NCBI GenBank assembly: GCA_044866005.1
Contig: JBIOTN010000175.1
Location: 15,261 to 79,260, forward strand
DNA: 64,000 nucleotides
Direction: 5' to 3'
Source: Candidatus Rokuibacteriota bacterium
GTDB lineage: Bacteria > Methylomirabilota > Methylomirabilia > Rokubacteriales > DASRDR01
The notes under the pieces were generated by a model. That model saw nothing but the letters and a program-made list of their open reading frames with translations. It did not search any database and was not told where the DNA came from. Below, one piece after another: positions 19,160 through 28,981 of the stretch. How positions within the stretch are numbered: position 1 is the stretch's first letter; each line of letters begins with the position of its first letter. Made by a program: the position numbers and the translations under genes.

Positions 19160-21400
19160 TCAGGCGCTCTCGCGTCGGCCATCGTGCGCGTAATAGCCGT
19201 AGTTGGCGTAGAAGTACCGGTTACGGGAGAGCCGCACGTCGTTGAGCACGACGCCGAGGATCCGGGCCCCCAGGGCCTCGAGGCGGTCCCGCGCGATCTG
19301 GACGGCCTCCACCGGCGTGGCGTGGGCGCGGACCACCAGGAGCACGCCGTCCACGAGCGACGCCAGCACGGAGGCGTCCGAGACGGCCAGGACGGGCGGG
19401 GAGTCGATGATGATCCAGGGGAACCGTTGCCGGAGCGTTCCCAGCAGGGTGCGCGCGCGCTCCGAGGAGAGCAGCGCGGCCGGATCGGGCGGCTTCGGCC
19501 CCGCCGGCAGGAACGTGAGGTTCGCGATCCCCGTCGTCACGAGCGCGACATCATGCGGCAGCCCGCGGTAGAGGAGCGAGGAGAGCCCCACCCGCGGGGA
19601 CTCGATCCCGAACGCGCGATGACAGGCCGAGCGGCGGAAGTCCGCGTCGATCAGCAAGACCGTCTCGCCGCCTTCGGCGAGCGCGACCGCGAGGTTCACC
19701 GCGCTGAACGACTTGCCCTCCTGGGGCTGGGCGCTCGTCACCAGGATCGTGCGCGGCGTGTCGAAGGCGCGGCTGTGCAACACCAGCGCGCGGATCGATC
19801 GGAACGCCTCGCCGGCGATCTGCGCCGGCCAGGACAGCGCGTCCTCCGGAACCGCGCGCGTCGGCAGGTCCTCGAGCGCCGGGAGCGACTGGCGCGTATA
19901 GCTGCGCACCGACGGGACGGTGCCGAGGTTCGGCAAGCGGACGAGCAGATCGACCTCGCGCGGCGTCCGCAGCGTCTGATCGCCCGCCTCCCGGAAGAAC
20001 GCGAGGGCGGCGCCGCCGATCAGGCCGGCGATGGTGGCGAGCAGCAAATCGCGGGTCTTCTTCGGGCTGGCGGGCCGGAGCGGCGCCCGGGCCGGGTCGG
20101 CGATCTTCACGTTCGTCACGCGGAGCTGGGCGGCGAGCTGCAGCTCCTTCAGCCGCTTCATCAGCTCGGCGTACACGGACTCGGTCGCGTCCGATTCCTT
20201 CTTGAGGAGCTGGAGCTGCATCTGCCGGGCGTGCTGGCTGATCGCCTCGCGCCGCTGGGAATCGAGCCGCCGGCCCAGCTCCGCCGCGCGGCGCGTCGCC
20301 GCCTGGTATTCCTGCTGGACCGCGTCCTTCGCCTTCTTGGTCTCGGTGTCGAGCCGGAGCTTCGCCAGCGAGAGCTCCGCCTCCAGCTCGATCATCTTGG
20401 GATGCTGCGGCCCGTACACCGTCTTGGCCCGCGCCAGCTCGCGCTCCAGCCGGGTGTACTCGCCCTTGAGGTTCCGGACGAGCTCGCTTCCCAGGGCGGC
20501 CGCCAGCGTCTCGGGGTCGGCGGAGGCGAGCATCCGGTAGCGCGCCTCCTTCTGGATACGGTCGCTCTCCGCCTCGGTGTAGGCGCGGTTCTGGTCGTCG
20601 AGCTGCTGGAGGACGAACTCCGTCTTGCCCTCGCGCGTCGGCACCAGGTTGTTCTTCTCGACGAACTGCTGGATGACGCCGCTCGCCTCCTGCGTGCGGG
20701 CGCGCAGACCGCCGAGCTGGTCCTCCAGCCACCGGCTGGCCGCCTCCGACGCCTCCCGCCGCTGGGCGTTCGTCATGGCGATGTACTCGCTGGCGATCGC
20801 GTTGGGAATGGCCGCCGCCAGGTCCCGGTCGGGGACGCGCGCGCTGATCCGCACGAGCCGGCTCCGCTTGACGGGCTCGATCTTGATGTCCTGCTCCAGG
20901 CCCTCGATGAACTCGTCCATGCCCGCCGACGGCTTCGGCGCGGCGGGACGCAGGCCCACCAGCCGGGCGGCGAAGGCGAAGACCTGTTCCCGCCGGCTCT
21001 GGCCCGGGGCGAAGGCGGGATGACGGGGAAGGTCGAGCCGCTCGGCCATCCGGGCGAGGAGCGTCCGGCTCCCCAGCAACTCGAACTGCGTCTGGTAGTA
21101 GGCGTCGAACACCCGCTCGTTCGCCGATTCCTCGTTCGGAGAGAGCTCCTGGAACGCGACCACGCGCGGCCGCTCGGGATCGATCTGGATCACGGCCGCG
21201 GCCTCGTAGAGCGGCCGCGTGGTGAAGCTCCACGTCGCGACCAGGCCCATCACGGCCGCGGTGAAGCCGAGAATCAGCCAGCGGCGGCCGACGAGGATGT
21301 CCCAGATGCTGCGCGCGGGCCGCTCGCCCTCGATGCGGACCACCTCGAGCTCGCGGTCGCCCGGCAGCGCGGACATCGGCCGGTGCGGGATCTCTCGCAT
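19160..21400 (-). CDS. wzc: Polysaccharide co-polymerase / BY tyrosine kinase
   Basis: Two TM helices around a coiled coil; Walker A SAQPQEGKS, IDADFR, IIDSPP; C-terminal Tyr cluster YFYANYGYY. Confidence 0.92.
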   Translation of the reverse strand: MREIPHRPMSALPGDRELEVVRIEGERPARSIWDILVGRRWLILGFTAAVMGLVATWSFTTRPLYEAAAVIQIDPERPRVVAFQELSPNEESANERVFDAYYQTQFELLGSRTLLARMAERLDLPRHPAFAPGQSRREQVFAFAARLVGLRPAAPKPSAGMDEFIEGLEQDIKIEPVKRSRLVRISARVPDRDLAAAIPNAIASEYIAMTNAQRREASEAASRWLEDQLGGLRARTQEASGVIQQFVEKNNLVPTREGKTEFVLQQLDDQNRAYTEAESDRIQKEARYRMLASADPETLAAALGSELVRNLKGEYTRLERELARAKTVYGPQHPKMIELEAELSLAKLRLDTETKKAKDAVQQEYQAATRRAAELGRRLDSQRREAISQHARQMQLQLLKKESDATESVYAELMKRLKELQLAAQLRVTNVKIADPARAPLRPASPKKTRDLLLATIAGLIGGAALAFFREAGDQTLRTPREVDLLVRLPNLGTVPSVRSYTRQSLPALEDLPTRAVPEDALSWPAQIAGEAFRSIRALVLHSRAFDTPRTILVTSAQPQEGKSFSAVNLAVALAEGGETVLLIDADFRRSACHRAFGIESPRVGLSSLLYRGLPHDVALVTTGIANLTFLPAGPKPPDPAALLSSERARTLLGTLRQRFPWIIIDSPPVLAVSDASVLASLVDGVLLVVRAHATPVEAVQIARDRLEALGARILGVVLNDVRLSRNRYFYANYGYYAHDGRRESA

Positions 21401-21422
21401 CAGACGCTCCTTGCGGTGTCGC

Positions 21423-22481
21423 TCACGGTGAAATCCCGATGCTGAAGATGCCTTTGAAGAAGTCGAGGACGCCGTAGGCCGCCGTCTTGGCGCCGCTCGC
21501 CGGGACCACGACGACGTCCTGCGCCTGGAGCGCGACGTCCTGGCTCCGGTCGCCGGCCATGACGGCCTTGAGGTCGATCCCCCCGATCTCCTTCTTCTCC
21601 CCGGTCGGCAGCGTCCGAACGATCTTGATCTCCCGGGTCGCCGCCCGGTTGGTCACGCCGCCGGCCTCGGTGATCGCCTTGGAGATCGTGGTGTCGCGGC
21701 GCAGCGTGTAGGCCCCGCGCTTCTCCACCTCGCCCGCGACGTAGTAGGTGTTCGCCTCCGGGACGTAGACGGAGTCTCCCGGCTCGAGCACGACGTTCTG
21801 GCGCGGGTCGCCGCTCCGCAGCAGCGCTTCGAGGTCCACGGTGACCGGCTGGGGCTCGCCCTGCCGCGGCTTCGCGCGGAGCACGTAGGCGACCCGGTCG
21901 GCGTTTTCCTTGACGCCCTTGGCCTCGGACATGGCGAGGAGCACGGTCGTGGAGTTGCTCTTCAGCGCGTACGATCCCGGCTGGTTGACCGCGCCCATGA
22001 CCGCGACCTGCCGGCCCTGGAACTCCGTCACGCTGACGGTCACCTTCGGGTTGAGGAGGTAGCGGCCGCGAAGGCCGGACTCGAGCTTCTCCTCGACTTC
22101 CTTCGGAGACAGGCCCACGACGGGGACCTCGCCCAGGAGCGGAAGCGTGATCGTCCCCGTCTCGCTCACGCGGACGGTGCGGCTGAGGTCCTCCTGCCCG
22201 TAGACGTGGATCGCCAGCTGGTCCTTGGGCGCGACCTTGTAGTCGCCCTCGGGAGCGGTGGCCGGCGTCGGCGGAGGCTGGAGCGAGACCGGCGGGGGCG
22301 CGAGCGTCGGGCCGCCCGGCGGCGTCACCGCGCCCGACGGCGTCGCCGCTCGCCCGGTCGCGGGGCTCGACGCCGCCGGCCGGGCTCCCTCGGCGGGAGC
22401 CTTCGAGGCAGTGGCGCAGCCGCTGCCCGCGATCAAACTGCCGATCAGAGCGAACACAATCCCATGCCGCATCGTACGCAC
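21423..22481 (-). CDS. wza: Polysaccharide export (OPX) lipoprotein
   Basis: Lipobox GSGC; PES motif YKVAPKDQL..GTITLPLLG; SLBB repeats; GTG with a GGAGGGG RBS. Confidence 0.9.
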   Translation of the reverse strand: MRTMRHGIVFALIGSLIAGSGCATASKAPAEGARPAASSPATGRAATPSGAVTPPGGPTLAPPPVSLQPPPTPATAPEGDYKVAPKDQLAIHVYGQEDLSRTVRVSETGTITLPLLGEVPVVGLSPKEVEEKLESGLRGRYLLNPKVTVSVTEFQGRQVAVMGAVNQPGSYALKSNSTTVLLAMSEAKGVKENADRVAYVLRAKPRQGEPQPVTVDLEALLRSGDPRQNVVLEPGDSVYVPEANTYYVAGEVEKRGAYTLRRDTTISKAITEAGGVTNRAATREIKIVRTLPTGEKKEIGGIDLKAVMAGDRSQDVALQAQDVVVVPASGAKTAAYGVLDFFKGIFSIGISP

Positions 22482-22500
22482 TGCCCCTCCCGACCGCGGA

Positions 22501-22515
22501 GCAAGGGATGTGCCA
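22501..22515 (-). promoter_or_regulatory. Sigma54 promoter for the wza-wzc operon
   Basis: TGGCACATCCCTTGC, a consensus match 20 nt from the start codon. Confidence 0.85.
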
Positions 22516-22664
22516 GGGAGGGGGGCACTTCCCGGGACCCTTCGCGGAAGCGTCCCCGCTCCACGGTCCGATCGCGGGTCCGGACATCTGAGGTCCGGCC
22601 CCGGACTGGGCCGCTGCCGGTTGTGGCCCTGCATATCCCCGGCCGGCGGAGCGCGCGACCCAAA

Positions 22665-22684
22665 GTTGCCCACGTCAGTGCAAC
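22665..22684. promoter_or_regulatory. Candidate enhancer (UAS) palindrome GTTGC-N10-GCAAC
   Basis: GTTGCccacgtcagtGCAAC, located between divergent sigma54 promoters. Confidence 0.65.
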
Positions 22685-22751
22685 AATTTCCGGGGGCGGG
22701 CGGGGCGCGTGGCCGATGACCGGCCGAGGCGACGGAAGCGGAGCGGTCCAC

Positions 22752-22766
22752 TGGCACGCCCATTGC
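22752..22766 (+). promoter_or_regulatory. Sigma54 promoter for the wzy-wzx operon
   Basis: TGGCACGCCCATTGC, a consensus match about 20 nt before ATG 22787. Confidence 0.85.
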
Positions 22767-22786
22767 TGCCTCCGGAGAAACGAGCC

Positions 22787-24262
22787 ATGCGCGCCGTGGC
22801 GTCGTTCTCCCGGGTCCGCCCCGAAGAAGCCCTGCTCGTCGGCCTCACCGCCCTCGCCCTGGTGGCCGGGCTCACGGTCGGCGCCGAGACGCCGCTCGCC
22901 TACCTCGTCCTGGCGGTCCCCGTCGTCGCCGGCCTGGCGATGTGGCGGCCGGTCTACGGCCTCGCCCTCCTGCTCGGGGCGGTCCTCTTCTCCGAGCAGT
23001 ACACGATCGAGACACTCGCGGGCGACATCAAGCCCTTCCTGCTCCAGAACCTGCCGATCTTCGAGAGCCTCGACCGCTTCACCCCGGTGCCGGTCAAGAC
23101 GAACGTCGTCGAGCTCTGGCTCATCGGCCTGACCGTCATCTGGGCCGTCAAGGCGATCGCCGCCCACCGGTTCCAGCTCCGCCCCGTCCCGTGCACCGTC
23201 GCCTGGATGCTCGCCGGCATCACCCTCGCCGTCACGTTCGTGCGGGGGATGTCGAGCGGCGGCGACCTGAGCGCGGCGATCGTGGAGGTCCGAGCGCTCG
23301 GCTACCTGATCGGGCTCACCTGGCTCGTCCCGCAGATCGTCGAGCACCGGCGCGACGTCGGGCTGCTCGTCGGGGTGATGGTGATCGCGCTCGCCGCCAA
23401 AGCGGTACAGGGCCTCTACCGGTACTTCGTCATCCTCGGCATGCACCTCGACCTGACCCAGACGTTTCTGGCGCACGAGGATCCCGTGATGTTCGTGCCG
23501 CTCTTCTACCTCATGATCGCGCTCTGGGGCGCGTCGACGGAGCTCCGGCTCCGGCGCCTGCTGCAGGTCAGCACGCCGATCATGTTCGCCGCGCTGGTGC
23601 TGACGCAGCGGCGCATCGCCTACATCACGCTCTGCCTGTGCGCGGTCTTCTTCGCCTTCATCCTCGCGCCGGCCGCCCGCCGGACGTTCCTGCGCGTGAC
23701 CGTGCCGATCGCGCTCGCCGGGGCGGCTTACGCCGTGGCGTTCGCGGGCTCCTCCTCGCCGCTGGCGCAGCCCATCGACCGCGCGCTCACCCTCTTCGAC
23801 CCGACGAACCGGTCGAACCTCTACCGGCTGATCGAGCTGGAGAACCTCCGCTACACGATCCAGCTCCACCCGTGGGGCATCGGCTTCGGTCAGCGGTACG
23901 AGATTCTCCGGTCGCTGCCCAAGCTCGATTGGGCGCTCTACGAGTACATCCCGCACAACGAGATCCTGTGGATCTGGGTCAAGGCCGGCTGGATCGGCTT
24001 CATCCTCGTGATGTTCTTCTTCGCCCGCGTCGTGATCGAGGCGGTGTGGACCTACCGGCGGCTTCGCGATCCGCTCCTGTCCGCGGTGGCGGCCGTCGTC
24101 GGGATCGCCGTCGTGAACCAGCTCTTCGCCTCGTACTACGAGCTCCAGCTGACGTACGGGCGGAACATGATCTACCTCGGCACGCTGATCGGACTCCTCG
24201 GACCGATCCAGGCATGGGGCGGCCTGCGGCCGCCGCCGTCGCTCTGGCGCTGGCGTCTGTAA
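22787..24262 (+). CDS. O-antigen ligase / Wzy-family polymerase
   Basis: About 12 TM helices; LTQRR, GIGFG and PHNEIL..GWIG motifs. Confidence 0.85.
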   Translation: MRAVASFSRVRPEEALLVGLTALALVAGLTVGAETPLAYLVLAVPVVAGLAMWRPVYGLALLLGAVLFSEQYTIETLAGDIKPFLLQNLPIFESLDRFTPVPVKTNVVELWLIGLTVIWAVKAIAAHRFQLRPVPCTVAWMLAGITLAVTFVRGMSSGGDLSAAIVEVRALGYLIGLTWLVPQIVEHRRDVGLLVGVMVIALAAKAVQGLYRYFVILGMHLDLTQTFLAHEDPVMFVPLFYLMIALWGASTELRLRRLLQVSTPIMFAALVLTQRRIAYITLCLCAVFFAFILAPAARRTFLRVTVPIALAGAAYAVAFAGSSSPLAQPIDRALTLFDPTNRSNLYRLIELENLRYTIQLHPWGIGFGQRYEILRSLPKLDWALYEYIPHNEILWIWVKAGWIGFILVMFFFARVVIEAVWTYRRLRDPLLSAVAAVVGIAVVNQLFASYYELQLTYGRNMIYLGTLIGLLGPIQAWGGLRPPPSLWRWRL

Positions 24263-24274
24263 AGGGGAAACAGG

Positions 24275-24688
24275 ATGAAGGGGGCCGGAGGGCGGCCGCC
24301 GGCGATCCTCGTCGCCGACGACGACGTGGCGATCACCGCGACGTTCGAGAACATCCTCCGGAGCGAGGGGTACGACGTCGCCACGGCGAGCGACGGGCTG
24401 GAGGCGGTCGAGCTGGCGCGGGCGCGTCGGTTCGACCTGATCCTGCTGGACCTCATCATGCCGCGCCAGGACGGCCTGGCCGCGCTCCGCGAGATCCGCG
24501 CCGTCGCGCCGGACAGCCGGGTGGTGATCCTCTCCGCCTACATCGAGCCGGATCGGGAGGCGGAGGCCTATCGGCTCGGCGCCGTGGGCGTGCTCGCGAA
24601 GCCGCCCGACCTCAAGAAGCTGCTCCGGTTCATCGACGAGCTGACACGCGCCGAGCAGCCAGGCCCCAGCTCGGGAGCACCCCGATGA
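24275..24688 (+). CDS. Single-domain response regulator
   Basis: ILVADDD, LLDLIMP, SAY and AKP motifs. Confidence 0.92.
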   Translation: MKGAGGRPPAILVADDDVAITATFENILRSEGYDVATASDGLEAVELARARRFDLILLDLIMPRQDGLAALREIRAVAPDSRVVILSAYIEPDREAEAYRLGAVGVLAKPPDLKKLLRFIDELTRAEQPGPSSGAPR

Positions 24689-24704
24689 GCCTTCACGTCG
24701 GCCC

Positions 24705-26183
24705 ATGGACCCGCTGAGCAGCATCCTGCGCAACTCCTCCCTCCTCGCCGCGGCTCAGGCGGTGTCGAGCCTGATCGGGATGGCGCTGGTCGTACTGCTG
24801 CCGCGCTTCCTGGGCGACGCGGAGTTCGGCCGCCTCCACCTCGCGCTCTCGCTCACGGGGATGTTCAGCGTGGCCGTGCAGTTCGGCCTCACCAGCGTGG
24901 TGGCGCGGGCGGTGGCGCGTCAGCGGACGCTGGCGCGTCCCTACTTCCGGAGCGCGACGGCCCTGATCACGGCGCTGGGCGCGGTGACGTACGTGGTGCT
25001 CCTCGCCCTGGTCCGCATCCTGGGCTACCCCGTGCACATCCACGAGCTGGCCGCGATCCTCGGGATCGTGATGGTCGCCGACGCGCTGTCCGAGACGCTC
25101 AGCGCGCTCTTCCTGGCGCACGAGCGGATGCTCGTGCCGGCCGCGGCCCGGATCGTCGGCAACGCTTTCACGCTCGCCGTCGCCGTGCCGCTCCTCGCCC
25201 ACGGCTACGGCGCGCGGGCCGTGGCCACGGTCATGGTGACGGCGGCGGGGCTCCGGCTCATGATCCAGGCCGCCTCGCTCCGGCGCCTCGACGGCTTCCG
25301 GGGCACCGACGCGCCGCCGGCCGGATCCTGGCGCGAGCTCCTCGCGGCGGGCTTTCCGTTCCTCGTGTGGGAAGCCCTCGGGATCCTCTACTTCCGGATC
25401 GACGTCCTGATGCTCGGCCTGATGACCACCGACGCGACCGTCGGCTGGTACGGCGCGGCCTCCCGGCTCCTCGACGCGCTCGGGTTCGTCCCGCACATCC
25501 TGACGGTGGCGACCTTCCCGGTCGCGGCCCGTCTCTGGGTGACCGCCCCCGACGAGTTCCGCGCGATCGTGCGGAAGGCGCTCCAGCTCATGCTCGTCGT
25601 CACGGTCCCCGTGGCGGTCCTCCTCCTGACGCTCGCGCGGGACATCGTGGGGTTCCTCTTCACGCTGGAGTCGTTCGGGCCGTCGGTCCCCATCCTGAGA
25701 ATCCACGCGCTGACGCTCGCGGTGCTCTTCATCAACTTCTTCCTGGTCGGGGTGCTCATGGCGATCGGCCGCGAGCGGGCCTGGATCGCGGTGGCCGGGC
25801 TGGCGTGCCTCCTGAACCCCGCCATGAACCTGGTGCTGATCCCCCTGACCGACGCGCGGTTCGCCAACGGCGGCATCGGCGCGGCGATCGCCACGCTGCT
25901 CACCGAGCTGTTCGTCCTGGCCTGCGCCGTGGCGCTCTATCCGGCCGGCACGCTGGGCCGCGCCTCGTGGCGGATCGCGGCGCAGGCGGCCGGGTCCGGC
26001 GCCCTCATGGGGGCGCTCGTCCTGGGGAGTCGCGCGCTGGACCTCCCGTGGATGCTGGCCGCGGTCGTGGGCGGGCTCGGCTATCTCCTCGCGGTCGTCC
26101 GGCTCGGCATCGTGCCCGAGGCCGTCACCGGCCTCGTGCGACGGGGCGCGGCGCGACGCTCCCCGGCGGAGCTGGTGTCGTGA
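24705..26183 (+). CDS. wzx: Polysaccharide flippase (MOP family)
   Basis: PRFLG..FG and RIDVLMLG..VGWY motifs; 12-14 TM helices. Confidence 0.88.
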   Translation: MDPLSSILRNSSLLAAAQAVSSLIGMALVVLLPRFLGDAEFGRLHLALSLTGMFSVAVQFGLTSVVARAVARQRTLARPYFRSATALITALGAVTYVVLLALVRILGYPVHIHELAAILGIVMVADALSETLSALFLAHERMLVPAAARIVGNAFTLAVAVPLLAHGYGARAVATVMVTAAGLRLMIQAASLRRLDGFRGTDAPPAGSWRELLAAGFPFLVWEALGILYFRIDVLMLGLMTTDATVGWYGAASRLLDALGFVPHILTVATFPVAARLWVTAPDEFRAIVRKALQLMLVVTVPVAVLLLTLARDIVGFLFTLESFGPSVPILRIHALTLAVLFINFFLVGVLMAIGRERAWIAVAGLACLLNPAMNLVLIPLTDARFANGGIGAAIATLLTELFVLACAVALYPAGTLGRASWRIAAQAAGSGALMGALVLGSRALDLPWMLAAVVGGLGYLLAVVRLGIVPEAVTGLVRRGAARRSPAELVS

Positions 26184-26259
26184 GGGCCGCCGGCACCCCC
26201 GCGAGCGTGCCCGCCGCCCGGGACGGCCGGACAGGCGCCTCGCCGCCCCGGACCCGCCG

Positions 26260-27042
26260 GTGACGACGCCCGGCCGCGCCACGCTCGCTTCGTCCCCGGA
26301 GCGGAGCCGACGGCGAAAGGCCTCGCTCGGTCAACCGCCCGTCTTCATGTACCACGGCCTCACGCCCCGGACGGGCAGCCATCCGGGAAGCCTCGCCGTC
26401 TCGCGGTTCCGCGCCCAGCTCGCCGCGCTGCGGACGCTGGGCTACCGGTCGATCCGACCCGGCACGCTCGCCGCGGCCCTCCGCGGCGAGGCCCCGTTGC
26501 CCTCAGGCTCGGTCGTGCTCACCTTCGACGACGGCTACCTCGATACGCTCACCGAGGCGCTGCCGCTCCTCCTGGAGTTCGGCTTCACGGCGACCTGCTA
26601 CGTGGTGGCGGGCGCCGTCGGCGGCGTCTGCCATTGGACCGACCCGGCGCCGCTCATGGGCTGGGACCACCTGCGGAGCTGGCTTGCCGCCGGCATGGAG
26701 ATCGGGGCCCACTCGGTGAGCCACCGCGACCTCACCCGGCTCGACACCGCGGCGCTCCGGGAGGAGGTCGAGGGCGCGAAGGCGCGCCTGGAGGACCGGC
26801 TCGGGGAAGCGATCCCCACGTTCGCCTATCCTTTCAACCGTGTCGACCGCCGTGCCATGGCGGGAGTCGAGGCGGCCGGCTACGCGTCGGCCTGCGCCGG
26901 CGTGGAGGTCCGCCACTCGCCCTACGCGCTCTCCCGCGTGGACGTCGCCCACGACTCCTGGGCGTGGTTCGGGCTTCAGCTCCTCCCCGTCTACCACGAG
27001 CTTCACGGCGCCTACCGCGCCCTGGTCCCGCGGCGCCGCTGA
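26260..27042 (+). CDS. Polysaccharide deacetylase (CE4, IcaB-like)
   Basis: MYHG, LTFDDGY, HSVSH and FAYPF motifs. Confidence 0.9.
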   Translation: MTTPGRATLASSPERSRRRKASLGQPPVFMYHGLTPRTGSHPGSLAVSRFRAQLAALRTLGYRSIRPGTLAAALRGEAPLPSGSVVLTFDDGYLDTLTEALPLLLEFGFTATCYVVAGAVGGVCHWTDPAPLMGWDHLRSWLAAGMEIGAHSVSHRDLTRLDTAALREEVEGAKARLEDRLGEAIPTFAYPFNRVDRRAMAGVEAAGYASACAGVEVRHSPYALSRVDVAHDSWAWFGLQLLPVYHELHGAYRALVPRRR

Positions 27043-27218
27043 GCGCCATCGCGCCCCGCCGCGGCGGCCACCCCGGGCCCGCCGCAGGTCCTGTCGCCGC
27101 GTCGGGCCGCCGACCGCCCGGGCGCCGCCGCGGGTCCTGTCGCCGGCTCGCCCCGGTCCGGCCGGGCTCCGTCACCCGCGGCGGCGGGGGCCGGGTCGGG
27201 ATCACCGCCACCGAACTG

Positions 27219-27298
27219 CGTTCCGCTCCGCGAGCGGCGGCTTGGCCGCCGCAACTCCAGGGGGAGGTTTCGGAGGGGCCGTCGAGGCCCCCTCCGAT
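27219..27298 (-). repeat. Two-hairpin REP-like repeat
   Basis: Reverse complement is TCGGAGGGGGCCTCGACGGCCCCTCCGA..TTGCGGCGGCCAAGCCGCCGCTC..GGAGCGGAACG, near-identical to the copy at 62792. Confidence 0.85.
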
Positions 27299-28981
27299 TC
27301 AATTCGCCAGGAAGTAGGCGAGGACGTGGGCGAGCCCCGCGTTCCAGTAGATCGCGGGCTCGTTCACGCCGTAGAGGCGGTCGTTGTCCTGGTAGGCGCG
27401 CGCGGGGAAGGGCGCGCGCACACCCTCGTCTTTGTCGTTGGGACCGCCGACGAGGAGCCCCGGCAGCATGGCACGCGCCCGGTTGGTGAGGGACGGCTGA
27501 TGGTAAGCGCGCCGCGGGGGATCGGCGCCGATGCCGGTGACGAAGCTCTTGCCGAGCGCGTTCCGGCCGAACACGTAGTGGAGCTGGTCGAGCGCGGCGC
27601 GCTGGAAGGCGGGACGGCCGCTCTCGCGGAAGGCGGCCAGGAGCTGGACGGCGCGGCCGAGCACGAGGCCGTTCGAGCCCCAGTAGTAGTCCTTGACGCC
27701 GAGCGCGACCCGGTAGCCTCCCGGGCGCTCGATCGCCTGGAGCTCCCATCCCGAGCGCTCGATGAGCGCCGCCGCGAGGCGCGCGCGCCGCGCCGGGTCG
27801 AGGGCGCTGCCCGCCTCCAGCAGCGAGAGCATCGCCAGGTTGTGGACGTGCTTCCAGGACGCGGGGTAGTCGAAGGCGGGGAACTTCTCGAGGCTGGCGA
27901 GCACGGCGGTACCGTAGCGCGCGTTCCCCGTCGCCCGCCAGAGCTCGACCGCGGCCCAGAACCGGTCGTCGCGGTCGTCGTCGTCCGCGTACTCGCCGCT
28001 CTCCACGCCGGGGGGGTTCCGGAAGCCGCCGGGCGGGAACAGGTCCGGATGGCGCTCGAGCCAGCCCCACGCGCCCTCGGCCGCCGCGACGAGGCGCGCC
28101 GCGTATGCCGGGTCCCGGGGCTGGTAGAGCCGCGCGGTCCGCGCCGCCGCGGCGGCGAGCGTCGCGGTCGCCACGGAGGAGACGCCGAAGAGGTAGCGCG
28201 GGTCCGGGTCCTCGTGAGGCGCCCGGTCGCCCGTCCAGCGGACCTGGGCCACCTTGTGGTGGACGGCCCCGTCAGCACGCTGCATCCGGAGCAGCCAGTC
28301 GAGCTCCCACCGCATCTCGTCGAGGAGGTCCGGGAAGCCGCCCGGCTCGGACCGGGCCGCGGCGGCCTTCGGCGGCGCCGAGAGCAGCTCGTGCGTGGCG
28401 GCCAGGTGCCAGAGCGTGATGCCGGCGGCCGGCACGTACTTGCCGTAGTCACCCGCGTCGTGCCAGCCGCCCGTCACGGCGCGTCGCTCTCCCGCCTGGC
28501 CCCAGACCATCGCGTCGGCGAGGTGGCAGGCCGGGTGGGCGAACGGCGACCCGTCGCGGATCGCCGTCCCGCAGCGCTGGTAGCCGAAGATCCGCAGCGC
28601 GGCGCGGAGCGGCTCGGCGTAGATCCGGGGCCCGATCCGGAAGGGCGGCGAGCTGGCCACCCCGGGCGCCGTCACGACGTACTCCCCGGGACTCGTGAGC
28701 GGGCCGAAGTCGAGCGCCGCGACGCGATCGCCCGAGGCGGGGTCGAGCGGCCCCGGCGGACCGGCCACCCCTTCGAAGACCGGGCGCTGGGTCGCGGCCT
28801 CCCGCACGACGAAGCTCCGCGGCGCGGCCGCCACGAAGGCCACCTTCGGATCGGCGGGCCGGTAGCCGACCTGGTCCACCCGGATCGCGGGGCCCTCGGC
28901 GCGGGGCGCCCGACCGCCGACGAGCGCGGCGGCGAGGGCGAGCGCGCCGAGGACGAGCCAGGCGGGGCGGCGGCGGCTCAC
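27299..28981 (-). CDS. Secreted glycoside hydrolase family 9 with N-terminal Ig-like domain
   Basis: Signal peptide; IRVDQVGY, GGWHDAGDYGKY, YYWGSN and NEPAIYWNA motifs. Confidence 0.93.
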   Translation of the reverse strand: MSRRRPAWLVLGALALAAALVGGRAPRAEGPAIRVDQVGYRPADPKVAFVAAAPRSFVVREAATQRPVFEGVAGPPGPLDPASGDRVAALDFGPLTSPGEYVVTAPGVASSPPFRIGPRIYAEPLRAALRIFGYQRCGTAIRDGSPFAHPACHLADAMVWGQAGERRAVTGGWHDAGDYGKYVPAAGITLWHLAATHELLSAPPKAAAARSEPGGFPDLLDEMRWELDWLLRMQRADGAVHHKVAQVRWTGDRAPHEDPDPRYLFGVSSVATATLAAAAARTARLYQPRDPAYAARLVAAAEGAWGWLERHPDLFPPGGFRNPPGVESGEYADDDDRDDRFWAAVELWRATGNARYGTAVLASLEKFPAFDYPASWKHVHNLAMLSLLEAGSALDPARRARLAAALIERSGWELQAIERPGGYRVALGVKDYYWGSNGLVLGRAVQLLAAFRESGRPAFQRAALDQLHYVFGRNALGKSFVTGIGADPPRRAYHQPSLTNRARAMLPGLLVGGPNDKDEGVRAPFPARAYQDNDRLYGVNEPAIYWNAGLAHVLAYFLAN